Origin: a bacterium
GTDB lineage: Bacteria; Hinthialibacterota; Hinthialibacteria; Hinthialibacterales; Hinthialibacteraceae
Direction: 5' to 3'
Assembly: GCA_963662285.2 (NCBI GenBank)
Contig: CAXXMV010000002.1
Location: forward strand, 512,001-576,000
DNA length: 64,000 nt
Part shown: positions 32,128 through 41,103 of the stretch, piece after piece
How the letters are laid out: every line of letters begins with the position of its first letter
Position numbering within the stretch: position 1 is the stretch's first letter
Notes under the pieces: generated by a model
The model's input: the letters and a program-made list of their open reading frames with translations, nothing else
Database searches by the model: none
What the model was told of the DNA's origin: nothing
Made by a program: the position numbers and the translations under genes

Positions 32128-33153
32128 ATGCAGCGTTTATTGATTACAGGCGGAGCGGGTTTTATCGGCGCTAATTTCATTCAATACATGCTTAAGAAAT
32201 ACGAAGAGATTGAAATCGTCAATCTGGATAAACTGACATATGCAGGAAATCTTGAAAACCTGTGTGGAGTTGAACGGGACGCTAGATATAGTTTCTTTCA
32301 GGGAGATATCGCCGACCGTCATCTGGTCAACGAAATCCTATCCTGCAAGGAATTTGATACTATAGTCAATTTCGCAGCCGAAACCCATGTTGACCGCTCG
32401 ATCAGCCGACCAGACGATTTTCTGAAGACGGATATCTTCGGAACCTTCGCCCTGCTCGAAGCGACTCGCCAATGCAAAGTAAAACGGTATTTACAGATAA
32501 GCACCGATGAGGTTTACGGCTCGATATCCAAAGGTGAATTCACTGAAAGCAGTCCTTTGACGCCATCATCTCCCTATTCAGCCAGTAAAGGCGGCGGTGA
32601 CCTGCTCTGCATGGCTTATCATAAAACATACGGTCTTCCCGCTATCGTAACCCGCGCGGCCAATAATTATGGAGCGTTTCAACACCCCGAAAAATTCATT
32701 CCCCTATTTGTAACCAATGCTATCGAAGACCAACCGCTTCCATTGTACGGCGATGGCAGCCAGGTTCGCGAATGGCTTTTTGTCGAAGACCACTGCCGCG
32801 CTATTGAAACAGTGCTGCGTGAAGGCAAACCGGGCGAGATATATAATGTCGGCGGCCATTGTGAAGAACAAAACCGGGTCATCGCTGAATCTATCGTCGA
32901 TCAACTGAAAAAATCTCGCGACCTGATTACCTATGTCGATGACCGACCCGGACACGATATCCGCTACGCCCTGGATGATTCAAAACTCAGAAACCTGGGC
33001 TGGAAACCGCAAGTCGCCTTGGACGAAGGTCTGGCCCGAACGGTTAACTGGTATAAAAAGAACAAGGACTGGTGGAAAAAAACCAAAGAAGCCGACTACA
33101 AAACCTACTACAAAAACCAATACGAAAAACGTTTCGCCAACGCCAAGGCGTAG
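32128..33153 (+). CDS. rfbB: dTDP-glucose 4,6-dehydratase
   Basis: ITGGAGFIG, LDKLTYAGN, NFAAETHVDRSI, STDEVYG, YSASK and DRPGHD motifs. Confidence 0.96.
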   Translation: MQRLLITGGAGFIGANFIQYMLKKYEEIEIVNLDKLTYAGNLENLCGVERDARYSFFQGDIADRHLVNEILSCKEFDTIVNFAAETHVDRSISRPDDFLKTDIFGTFALLEATRQCKVKRYLQISTDEVYGSISKGEFTESSPLTPSSPYSASKGGGDLLCMAYHKTYGLPAIVTRAANNYGAFQHPEKFIPLFVTNAIEDQPLPLYGDGSQVREWLFVEDHCRAIETVLREGKPGEIYNVGGHCEEQNRVIAESIVDQLKKSRDLITYVDDRPGHDIRYALDDSKLRNLGWKPQVALDEGLARTVNWYKKNKDWWKKTKEADYKTYYKNQYEKRFANAKA

Positions 33154-33197
33154 TAGATATTTGGCTTTTAATACAATCCGGGGTGTAGGATTAGAAA

Positions 33198-33241
33198 CAT
33201 CCCTCTCCCAAGACTGGGATAGGGATATTGAGGGTTGATAA
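33198..33241 (-). repeat. REP-like element, third copy
   Basis: 37/44 identical to the reverse complement of 29230-29273; lies between convergent genes. Confidence 0.75.
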
Positions 33242-33253
33242 TGACCACATGTG

Positions 33254-34530
33254 CTACTGATAAATTTCCCAATTATTAACCTGGCTGTCATAAATAATGG
33301 TTGTGTTTTCGTCCTGGAATATGGCTAGGCCGTCTTCGCCGGATTCTATGTCTTTTAATGGATCACCTACACCGCCCTTGCCGCCTATAGCTTTGACGTT
33401 GGATAGGGTAATGCTTGAGTTGGTGATGTAAATTCCGCAACCGCCATCAGCGGAATCAACAGGCAATTTGGGATTCTCATCAATATTAAGCCCTAGTTGT
33501 CCACTGACGCCATTGCCTCCGATGCACTCGCCGCCCAGAATGGTTATGGCGTGGGAATTCATGATTTCGATTCCCGGTCCGGCTGGTATCATCTTTCTGG
33601 CATTCTTATCAATGTTATATACCTCACCGCCCCAGTTGTTGCGCTTCCGTGCATATCAAATACAACATTAGAGCAGTCTACAATGAATACGCCCGCTAAT
33701 CCCTTATTCCTATCAGGCGCTATCCAATATGATTCTGATGGGATATTATAACTATTATGAGTTCCTGAATTTATGTAAGAGCGTTCAATGTGAATATTTG
33801 CATTACGTATCTTCTCAAATGTAATGGCTCTGGCGCCAATGTCGGTATTACACCTGATTTCCGAATCGGTGATTCGAATATAGGAGGAATCGGTCTGATA
33901 TATATAGATCGCGGGAGTTGCAATTTTAGATGAATTGACATGATAATCAGATGAACCAATGTTGCTTTTACCAATTATTATGGAATTGATAACTTCTACA
34001 TCGCTTTGTATTTTGAAGATACCAGTGATATCTACGTTATCCAAAGTAAGTTTCCCCGATATTACTTGAATGGGATTTGGATAATGCGTATATCCACTAA
34101 CTATAAATGGACTATTTAGCATTAGGTTTTTAATTACAACATTAGAGTTTTGCACTATTAAGGCATTGTCTTTGCTGGTAGGTTCGATGTTGGAATACGA
34201 ACTAGTAAGAAAAATGAAATAATTGCTGTGAATAATCTTCACTCTTTCATTTGGAATAGTACCGATAATAGTAAGGTTTTTATCCTTGATTAGAATCCCG
34301 TTTCTTTGACTTGCCATTGTTGTATCTGGATTTTCTTTTAAAAAATAAACATCATGTTGATTAATCTGAATAACATCGCCGCTAGAGGCTGCTTCAACTG
34401 CTTCCTGGATGGAAGCATAATCTTCTGGTAGGTTAATGATTCTGGCGTGGGCTGAATGAAAGTGAGTGGTGATAATGCATAATGCTATCGAATAAGCAAT
34501 GCGATGGATGAGTGATTTTAGGATAAACAT
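33254..34530 (-). pseudogene. Secreted beta-helix (pectin-lyase-like) protein split by a single-base frameshift
   Basis: Signal peptide and LPEDYASIQEAVEAASSGDVI. Adding one G to the G4 run (33630-33633) joins the two ORFs as ...TTGGGEVYNIDKNARKMIPAGPG...; ends SQVNNWEIYQ. Confidence 0.7.
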
Positions 34531-34555
34531 TATTTCCACCTTATGTTAAAAATCA

Positions 34556-34579
34556 GGAGGGTATGCTTCCATACCCTCC
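34556..34579. terminator. Hairpin between the WD40 and beta-helix genes
   Basis: GGAGGGTATG-CTTC-CATACCCTCC. Confidence 0.6.
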
Positions 34580-34609
34580 CTTGTTTGAATCTATCATGAT
34601 TTATCTGAA

Positions 34610-35521
34610 TTAACCATTAAAATCCCAAATGTTCACTTGGGCGCCATTTACGGTTAAGTACCGTTTACCATCAGGAAAGAACTTGATCATTTCATCGTTA
34701 TAATTCTGGTTAAAGTTACGAATAGCATTATTAAAGAAACGAATAGAATCTTTACTAACCAACGTAGAATTTTTTTCATCGTCACTATGCAGGATTTTTG
34801 ATATTTCCGATTCAACCCCGTATAGTTCGCGATCATATAACCGATTTTCTTTGTGATCGTAGTTGGCTACTTTGCCAAGAATTATCTTTTCTCCAGATGG
34901 ATCGACAGCCACGCATTTCATGGTTTGATACATGTCAGTTTCGTATTGTTTGGTCTCCTGTAATTCAAGTCCTTCTACTAAAAACATACGAACCAAGTTA
35001 CCTTGATTGCTTACTAACATTTCACCATCCCTGGCAAAACTGACGCTCTTAGACCAGATATGTTCAGACTGTTTTCCGGTTTTCAGGTCAAGAAGATAAA
35101 AATTAGATGCCTTTTGTACTATAAGAGTGATTTGATTGGGCATCAGTTGAATTGATCGGATATCTCCCAGGTTTTCGAAACGTTTCAACTCCTTTAATGT
35201 TTGCAAATCCCATATCTGAACAACGCCAAGGTTATTGGCAGTAATGGCGCGTTCGCCCGATTCCATGAAGCAGACGCCGTTAACAAAAGGATGATCAACG
35301 TATGCCCGTTCCATATTTCCTGAAGTCTCTAGAGACGCCAGTTCAATGTTGGTATTAATATCCCACAATTTGGCTGTAAGACCATGAGCGCCTGATAGAA
35401 CCTTTTGTCCATCGGGTGAAACAGCGATGCTTTTTATCCAGTTTTTTTCACCATGAATTTTATTCAGGGCGATTCTTTCACCTGTTTGGGTATCCCAAAC
35501 AATCAAATTTCTGGCGCCAGT
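34610..35521 (-). pseudogene. 5'-truncated WD40-repeat protein
   Basis: WD motifs (IVWD, SIAVSPDGQKVLSG...AKLWD, VQIWD, FFPDGKR...VNIWD). The frame starts mid-repeat right after an in-frame TAA, with no RBS or signal peptide. Confidence 0.65.
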
Positions 35522-35751
35522 TTATAATACGCTTTATTTAGAGAAACGCTCGAAAACCAAAAGTCAATTAACACAGCCTAGGAGTATAGAAAAAAGCAGC
35601 ACGCTAAGCAATAAACATGCCAATAAAACAGCATTCCGAATTTCCCCTAAAAAAAATTCCTTTTTGCTCTATCTTTTTATTGGATCATTTGGTATAATGT
35701 CAGTATGATTAATAATTATATGATTTGTAAATTGATGTATTCATGTTCTAT

Positions 35752-35846
35752 GCAGAGAACCTGGATGGTTTGGGAAGCCTCCCGCAAACCATTCTCTCAT
35801 GCACATTCCTTATGAGCGTTCCTTACGCTCACCCCATCATCTCTGC
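35752..35846 (+). promoter_or_regulatory. Structured 5' leader of the KamA-family gene
   Basis: Closing stem GCAGAGA/TCTCTGC encloses two hairpins; extended -10 TGGTATAAT at 35690-35698. Confidence 0.5.
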
Positions 35847-35883
35847 TCTCTTATAATGCAATGAAATGAAAGGAGTAATTTTT

Positions 35884-36993
35884 GTGTTTACAAAAACTAA
35901 ACGAGTTCGTTATATTCGCGATCTACAACTAATTCCACAACTATCATCCGAGGAAAGGGAGAAGTTAAAAGCAGTCTCGAAGAAATATGCTTTTCGCGCT
36001 AATGATTACTACCTTGGCCTGATTGACTGGTCCGATAAGAATGATCCGATTCGTCATTTGATTATCCCTCATGAAACTGAAATGACTGACTGGGGTCATC
36101 TTGACGCCAGCAACGAGGCGGCATATACCAAAGCGCGCGGCGTTCAGCATAAATATAAAGATACTGTAATTTTGCTTTGCAACGAAGTTTGTGGATCATA
36201 TTGTAGATATTGTTTCCGTAAAAGACTTTTTATGAATGAAAATCATGAAGTTACAATCAATATTAATGAAGGCTTGAAATATATAACTGAAAATCCTGGA
36301 GTTACGAATGTTCTTTTAACTGGGGGCGATCCTCTGCTGCTATCCACTAACCGCCTCACTATGATATTGGATGAGTTGCGTAGAATCCCTCATGTTCAGA
36401 TTATCCGTATAGGAACCAAAATGCCCGCCTTTGATCCCTGGCGCATTCTGGATGATGAAGAATTATTGGATACCTTCGAGCGGGTTAGCCGTTCAGATAA
36501 ACGGTTATATTTGATGATGCACTTTGATCATCCCCGTGAACTGACCGAGCCGGCTATCGCCGGGATCGACCGCCTCATCAAAAAAGGCGTTATATGCTGC
36601 AACCAATGCCCCATCATAAAAGGAGTAAATGACAACTCCGACACGCTGACTGAACTGTTCCGCTTGCTTTCTTACGCCGGTTGCCCGCCATATTACATAT
36701 TCCAGGGACGACCAACCAAAGGCAATGAACCCTATGAAGTACCCATTGCCCGTGGATACCAGTTGATTCAAAACGCAATCAAACGATCTTCCGGCCTGGC
36801 CGCTCGGGGACGCTTCGTCATGTCTCATGCATCCGGGAAAATTGAAATATCCGGACTCGATGAAAAATACATCTATTTGAAATATCTTCGCGCTCATCAC
36901 CCGGTGAATATCGGCAAAACCATGCGCTTCCATCGCGATGACTCAGCCTATTGGCTGGATCAACTAAAACCCGCCGACGTGAATGATGGCTGA
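35884..36993 (+). CDS. KamA-family radical SAM protein (lysine 2,3-aminomutase-like)
   Basis: HKY, CGSYCRYCFRKR, LLTGGDPL, IRIGTK, HFDHPRE and GVND motifs; GTG start 8 nt after AGGAG. Confidence 0.9.
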   Translation: MFTKTKRVRYIRDLQLIPQLSSEEREKLKAVSKKYAFRANDYYLGLIDWSDKNDPIRHLIIPHETEMTDWGHLDASNEAAYTKARGVQHKYKDTVILLCNEVCGSYCRYCFRKRLFMNENHEVTININEGLKYITENPGVTNVLLTGGDPLLLSTNRLTMILDELRRIPHVQIIRIGTKMPAFDPWRILDDEELLDTFERVSRSDKRLYLMMHFDHPRELTEPAIAGIDRLIKKGVICCNQCPIIKGVNDNSDTLTELFRLLSYAGCPPYYIFQGRPTKGNEPYEVPIARGYQLIQNAIKRSSGLAARGRFVMSHASGKIEISGLDEKYIYLKYLRAHHPVNIGKTMRFHRDDSAYWLDQLKPADVNDG

Positions 36994-37031
36994 TAAATTA
37001 ATATTAAACTGACGTTTTAGAAGATTTTTTG

Positions 37032-37069
37032 AAAAAGCCGCGTTGTTTGAAAAAACAACGCGGCTTTTT
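37032..37069 (+). terminator. Intrinsic terminator
   Basis: AAAAAGCCGCGTTGTTT-GAAA-AAACAACGCGGCTTTTT. Confidence 0.85.
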
Positions 37070-37191
37070 GATATTTAGCGCCTTATCTCTATATATCAGA
37101 CATACAATCCACAGTATTTTGTATCTCGAATACGATATCGAATCCAATATGTCAAACTACCCAGGATAGCCCTACCACCTAATCGAAACAA

Positions 37192-37232
37192 ATCCTGAGT
37201 ATCCTTAAATCCTGCATATCCAGATTCAGACA
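37192..37232 (-). repeat. TGTCTGAATC-headed GAT-periodic repeat element, copy 2
   Basis: Reverse complement TGTCTGAATCTGGATATGCAGGATTTAAGGATACTCAGGAT. Confidence 0.6.
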
Positions 37233-37365
37233 AAAACACTATGACACATTAAATATCAAATTTCTGAATGAAATTTAGAGTGGTTATTAAGGTAATGTGC
37301 ATTAAAGCGATGGTTTATAATCGCGCATATATGGATATTTAAATAAAATATTAGTGAAGTAATCT

Positions 37366-37773
37366 CTATAACAGGAGAAAAGAAGCTGTTTCGAGGATAT
37401 CGTTTTTACGGAAAGGTTTAGATAGATAATAACGAATCCCGGCTTCAAGACTTTTCTTCCGGGATTCTTCATTGGGGTAAGCGGTGATCAGAATGATTTT
37501 GGAGGTTGGTTTTTGCGTTCTGATTCGTATGGCGAATTCTACGCCATCCAGTTTGGGCATATTCTTATCGACGATCATCAAATCAAAATCCTGCGAGAGA
37601 GCGCAGCCCATAGCGGTGATTGGATCGCATATACGCGTAACTTTGCATCCCTGTAAAGAAAAAACTTCATCCAAGGCTTCTGCGTAATCATCATCATCAT
37701 CGACTATCAAAATTTTTTTACCAGTCAGAAGTTCACGCATTATCCGATTATTGTTTTCCTGAGGTTTAGACAT
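37366..37773 (-). CDS. Single-domain response regulator
   Basis: ILIVDDD, IVDKNMP, ITAY and SKPF motifs; the start may be 37740. Confidence 0.9.
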   Translation of the reverse strand: MSKPQENNNRIMRELLTGKKILIVDDDDDYAEALDEVFSLQGCKVTRICDPITAMGCALSQDFDLMIVDKNMPKLDGVEFAIRIRTQKPTSKIILITAYPNEESRKKSLEAGIRYYLSKPFRKNDILETASFLLL

Positions 37774-37798
37774 TATTTAATAACCGTTGTTTCTTATA

Positions 37799-37815
37799 AG
37801 CATCTTATGTGCCAA
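37799..37815 (-). promoter_or_regulatory. sigma54 (-24/-12) promoter for the single-domain response regulator
   Basis: TTGGCACATAAGATGCT, with exact GG-N10-GC spacing. Confidence 0.7.
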
Positions 37816-37855
37816 AATCTAGTTAATACTGTTTCTTTTTGAAATAAGTCAATTT

Positions 37856-39253
37856 CTACTCTTCACGTTGGTTTAATTTTGGCAGCCTTCGGTACAGGGA
37901 ACTTCTCGAAAGACCTAAAATTCTCGCGGTTTCTTCCTTATTGCCTCCTGTGGATTTTAAGGTCTTGCGGATAATCTCAAGTTCCGCGTCTTCCAGAGTG
38001 GAGCCTAATGGAATCAATATGTTATTCGATAGATAGGATGTGTTTTCGGAGTCTTGAGTAATGCTTTCCGCTGGTTTATCCAAGATTTCTTCAGGGAGGT
38101 CTTTGATCTCAACCCGCGAATTGGTAGCAAAAATAGCAGCGTGTTCCACTGAATGTTGTAATTCGCGTACATTACCCGGCCAGGAATGCAATAAAAATTG
38201 TCTAATTACCGCTGGATCAAAATCTTTAAGCTCTTTGCCAGTCTCTTCACTGTATCGTTTTAGGAATGCCTGCGCCAAAATTGGGATATCATCTTTTCTT
38301 TCATATAGCGGAGGTATATGGATTTGGATTACTCTTAACCGGTAATAAAGGTCTTCGCGAAATTTCTTTTCAGCAATGCTGGCTTGCAGGTTCTTATTTG
38401 TAGCGGCAATCACGCGAACATCTACGTGAATAGTGGTGCTGCTTCCAACTTTTTCCAATTCAGAATCCTGCAGGATGCGAAGCAGGCGCTGTTGAGCGCT
38501 GGCGGACATTTCGCCAATCTCATTGAGAAAGATTGTTCCGCCGTCAGCCAGTTCGAAGCGACCCTTGCGGTCTTTGATGGCGCCAGTGAACGAACCCTTT
38601 ACATGCCCGAATAACTCAGATTCGAGCAGAGATTCTGGAAGGGAAGCGCAATCCACCTTGATCATCGGTTTGTTATTACGGCGGCTTTGTTCGTGAATCT
38701 CTTGAGCTACCTGATCTTTGCCGGTGCCGGTCTCGCCAGTTATTAAGACTGTGCTTCTGGTTGGCGCAACTTGCTCAATAATATGTAATATCCGCTTCAT
38801 GCCCTGGGATTTACCAAGCAATCGACCTGAATGGCGGGCTGCTTGCCTGCGCCATTCGTCTCTTTCTTCTATCAGTTGTTTCTGTTCTATGGCCCGTTCG
38901 ACGACTAATCGTAGTTCTTTGAATAATGAGCGCGAGCCTTTAATCAGATAATCCATGGCGCCCAGGCGCATGGCTTCAACAGCAGTATCCACATCTCCGA
39001 CGCCAGTTACCATCACAACCTGGATTTCCTGTTTCATCTCTTTTATATGGCGCAGTACATCAAGACCGTCAGCGCCGGGCAGCATGATGTCACAGATAAC
39101 CACATCAATGTCGTGCATGTGGATCAGTTCGATGGCTTTCTCGCCAGTTACGGCTTCGAGAAAGCACCTTTCATTTCCTTCGAGCGTTTCGCGGAGGCTC
39201 TCGCGGAAATCGGCGTCATCTTCTATTATTAATATGGTTCGTTGTATGGCCAC
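37856..39253 (-). CDS. NtrC/ZraR-family sigma54-dependent response regulator
   Basis: REC domain; GETGTGKD; [15 protein letters not shown]; WPGNVREL; [16 protein letters not shown]. Confidence 0.93.
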   Translation of the reverse strand: MAIQRTILIIEDDADFRESLRETLEGNERCFLEAVTGEKAIELIHMHDIDVVICDIMLPGADGLDVLRHIKEMKQEIQVVMVTGVGDVDTAVEAMRLGAMDYLIKGSRSLFKELRLVVERAIEQKQLIEERDEWRRQAARHSGRLLGKSQGMKRILHIIEQVAPTRSTVLITGETGTGKDQVAQEIHEQSRRNNKPMIKVDCASLPESLLESELFGHVKGSFTGAIKDRKGRFELADGGTIFLNEIGEMSASAQQRLLRILQDSELEKVGSSTTIHVDVRVIAATNKNLQASIAEKKFREDLYYRLRVIQIHIPPLYERKDDIPILAQAFLKRYSEETGKELKDFDPAVIRQFLLHSWPGNVRELQHSVEHAAIFATNSRVEIKDLPEEILDKPAESITQDSENTSYLSNNILIPLGSTLEDAELEIIRKTLKSTGGNKEETARILGLSRSSLYRRLPKLNQREE

Positions 39254-40443
39254 TAGTCTAAATTATCCTCTATTGGTATTAAGATATGGATGGAGGTTCC
39301 TTTACCTGATTCAGATTCAATCGATATAGTACCCTTATGATTCTCAACAATCTCACATGCAAGATAAAGACCCAGTCCTGTACCAATACTTTTAGTGGTG
39401 GTGAATGGATCAAAAACGGTCTCTTTAATTTCGTCTGGCATGCCTGGGCCATTGTCAATAATGCAAAATTCAATGTAGTCATCCATGCGTTGAGCGGTTA
39501 ATTCAATTTCGCCATATTCTATTGGAGAGAACTGGATTGCTTCGTAGGAGTTTTTTACCAGATTGGCGAATACTCGATGAAATTGTTGTGGATCAAAATA
39601 TGCAGAGCCAATATCGTCATTAATGGATGCTTTGACCGAGAATCTATCAGAATGATACTGTTCTTTGAGTTCCAAGACCAAATCATCCAAAAATTGTTTA
39701 ATATCTATATCCTGTTGCTCCATCGTTCTACTTTTTGATAAATGGAGATAATTGTTGGCGATTTCTTCTAATCTCGATATCTGGCGTTGAATATCGGATG
39801 AACATTTATCAAGTGATTGGCGATGACGGTCAGGGTCGCCTTTACCCCATTCTTCAAATGTCATGTCCAGGCGTTCAAGCAGCAGGTCTGATTTCAAAAA
39901 AAGCACTCCCAGAGGAGTACGAATCTCATGCGCCACCTTGGCTGCAACTCGAGCCATGGCGTTATTTCGTTCTAATTTTTCAACTTTTTTGATTAATTGT
40001 TTGTGTTCGCTTTTAAGTTGTTTTCTCTCTTTTTGCAGTTTTTGATTTTCTGATATATCTTTAAAGATAACCAGGAAGGCCACTGTTTCACCCGATGAGT
40101 TTTTTAAGGGTATCCTGGTAAGTTGTACATTTACGTGTTGTCCATCACGATTAAGGCGAACGGTGTCTATATGTACTACTCCCACATCGCCCTTAACCTG
40201 GTTTCGCATAGCTTGACGGACTTCGTTTCTCAATTCGGGAGGAATGACTATATCTACTGATTTGCCGATAATTTCCTCACGTCTATATCCAAGCAGACGT
40301 TCGGCTCCCTTGGTCCATGAAATGACTTGCCCGTCGACATCCATCTGAATTATGCCATCGGTTGATCCTTCCACAATAGCCGAAAGAATAGCATCTTCGG
40401 AAATGCAGGCTTTAACCTCATTGTTACTCATTTGTTCATCCAT
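39253..40443 (-). CDS. Cytoplasmic PAS-domain histidine kinase
   Basis: PAS domain (WTKGAERLLGY), coiled coil, VAHEIRTPL, DNGPGM and GTGLGL; its stop overlaps the regulator start. Confidence 0.92.
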   Translation of the reverse strand: MDEQMSNNEVKACISEDAILSAIVEGSTDGIIQMDVDGQVISWTKGAERLLGYRREEIIGKSVDIVIPPELRNEVRQAMRNQVKGDVGVVHIDTVRLNRDGQHVNVQLTRIPLKNSSGETVAFLVIFKDISENQKLQKERKQLKSEHKQLIKKVEKLERNNAMARVAAKVAHEIRTPLGVLFLKSDLLLERLDMTFEEWGKGDPDRHRQSLDKCSSDIQRQISRLEEIANNYLHLSKSRTMEQQDIDIKQFLDDLVLELKEQYHSDRFSVKASINDDIGSAYFDPQQFHRVFANLVKNSYEAIQFSPIEYGEIELTAQRMDDYIEFCIIDNGPGMPDEIKETVFDPFTTTKSIGTGLGLYLACEIVENHKGTISIESESGKGTSIHILIPIEDNLD

Positions 40444-40811
40444 AATTTATACAACGTTGACTCTTTATTAACGTAATTATTTATAAAATTATACGCTTCT
40501 CTATGCAAAGTATATTAAACTAATAACTATTACTAAATGACTAATAGAGCAATTGTCAATCCAAAGTATTTAAGCGGTTGTTAAAGTTGCCAATTCAAGG
40601 AACTTAAAATAAGTTTTATATTTTATTAAAAAATATATTTTCAGTGACTATACGAAGATAACTTAATATTTTATTGCTTTATATATTAAAATATTAACTA
40701 ACGCCCAATAATACTTATTTGATTTAACTCCTTTTTTTATGTATATGTCATTAACTTATTATTGTCATAACAAAAAATGAACATTTGTTATGTATCAATA
40801 TTAACACTAAT

Positions 40812-40848
40812 TCCCAAAATCGGGACGGCTCTAGTGTCATTAATGAGA
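40812..40848. promoter_or_regulatory. Tandem imperfect palindromes, candidate bEBP upstream activating sites
   Basis: TCCCA-AAAT-CGGGA (40812-40825) and TGTCA-TTAA-TGAGA (40835-40848), 155-190 bp upstream of a sigma54 promoter. Confidence 0.45.
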
Positions 40849-41001
40849 ATATAGGTGTTGTAATATTATTTTTCATCCAAAATCAAAAAATAGAATATTC
40901 TTATTGAAGATAATTATCTTGTTTACTTAAATCACATATAATCAGATACTAACAAGATTACGCGGAAACATGTGAGTATTTTATTGAGTTTTGTCTATGG
41001 A

Positions 41002-41017
41002 TTGGCATGATTACTGC
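41002..41017 (+). promoter_or_regulatory. sigma54 promoter with no downstream protein gene
   Basis: TTGGCATGATTACTGC, with exact GG-N10-GC spacing. Confidence 0.68.
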
Positions 41018-41028
41018 GATATTAAATA

Positions 41029-41101
41029 AGTATAATAAACATCCCATTCTCCCCATTTCGCTGCCTGCCATCCTCCCCAAATTATGGCAGGCACTTTTTT
41101 T
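41029..41101 (+). ncRNA. Candidate sigma54-dependent ~70-nt small RNA
   Basis: C-rich 5' segment, then TGCCTGCCAT-CCTCCCCAAATT-ATGGCAGGCA and a T8 tract. The terminator polarity is +, opposite to the flanking genes. Confidence 0.58.
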
Positions 41102-41103
41102 GC

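Noticed and set aside
34610-34640. VNIWDF as a fourth copy of the C-terminal sorting motif
   Set aside because: It is an ordinary WD40 terminal strand (IWD) and lacks the [LI]-[YH] ending.
35565-35645. Hydrophobic - strand peptide (IRNAVLLACLLLSVLLFSILLGCVN) as the lost WD40 signal peptide
   Set aside because: It has no start codon or RBS in a plausible position, and stop codons separate it from the WD40 frame.
35752-35846. Known lysine, c-di-GMP or c-di-AMP riboswitch
   Set aside because: The conserved core sequences of these classes are not recognisable; it is kept only as an unassigned structure.
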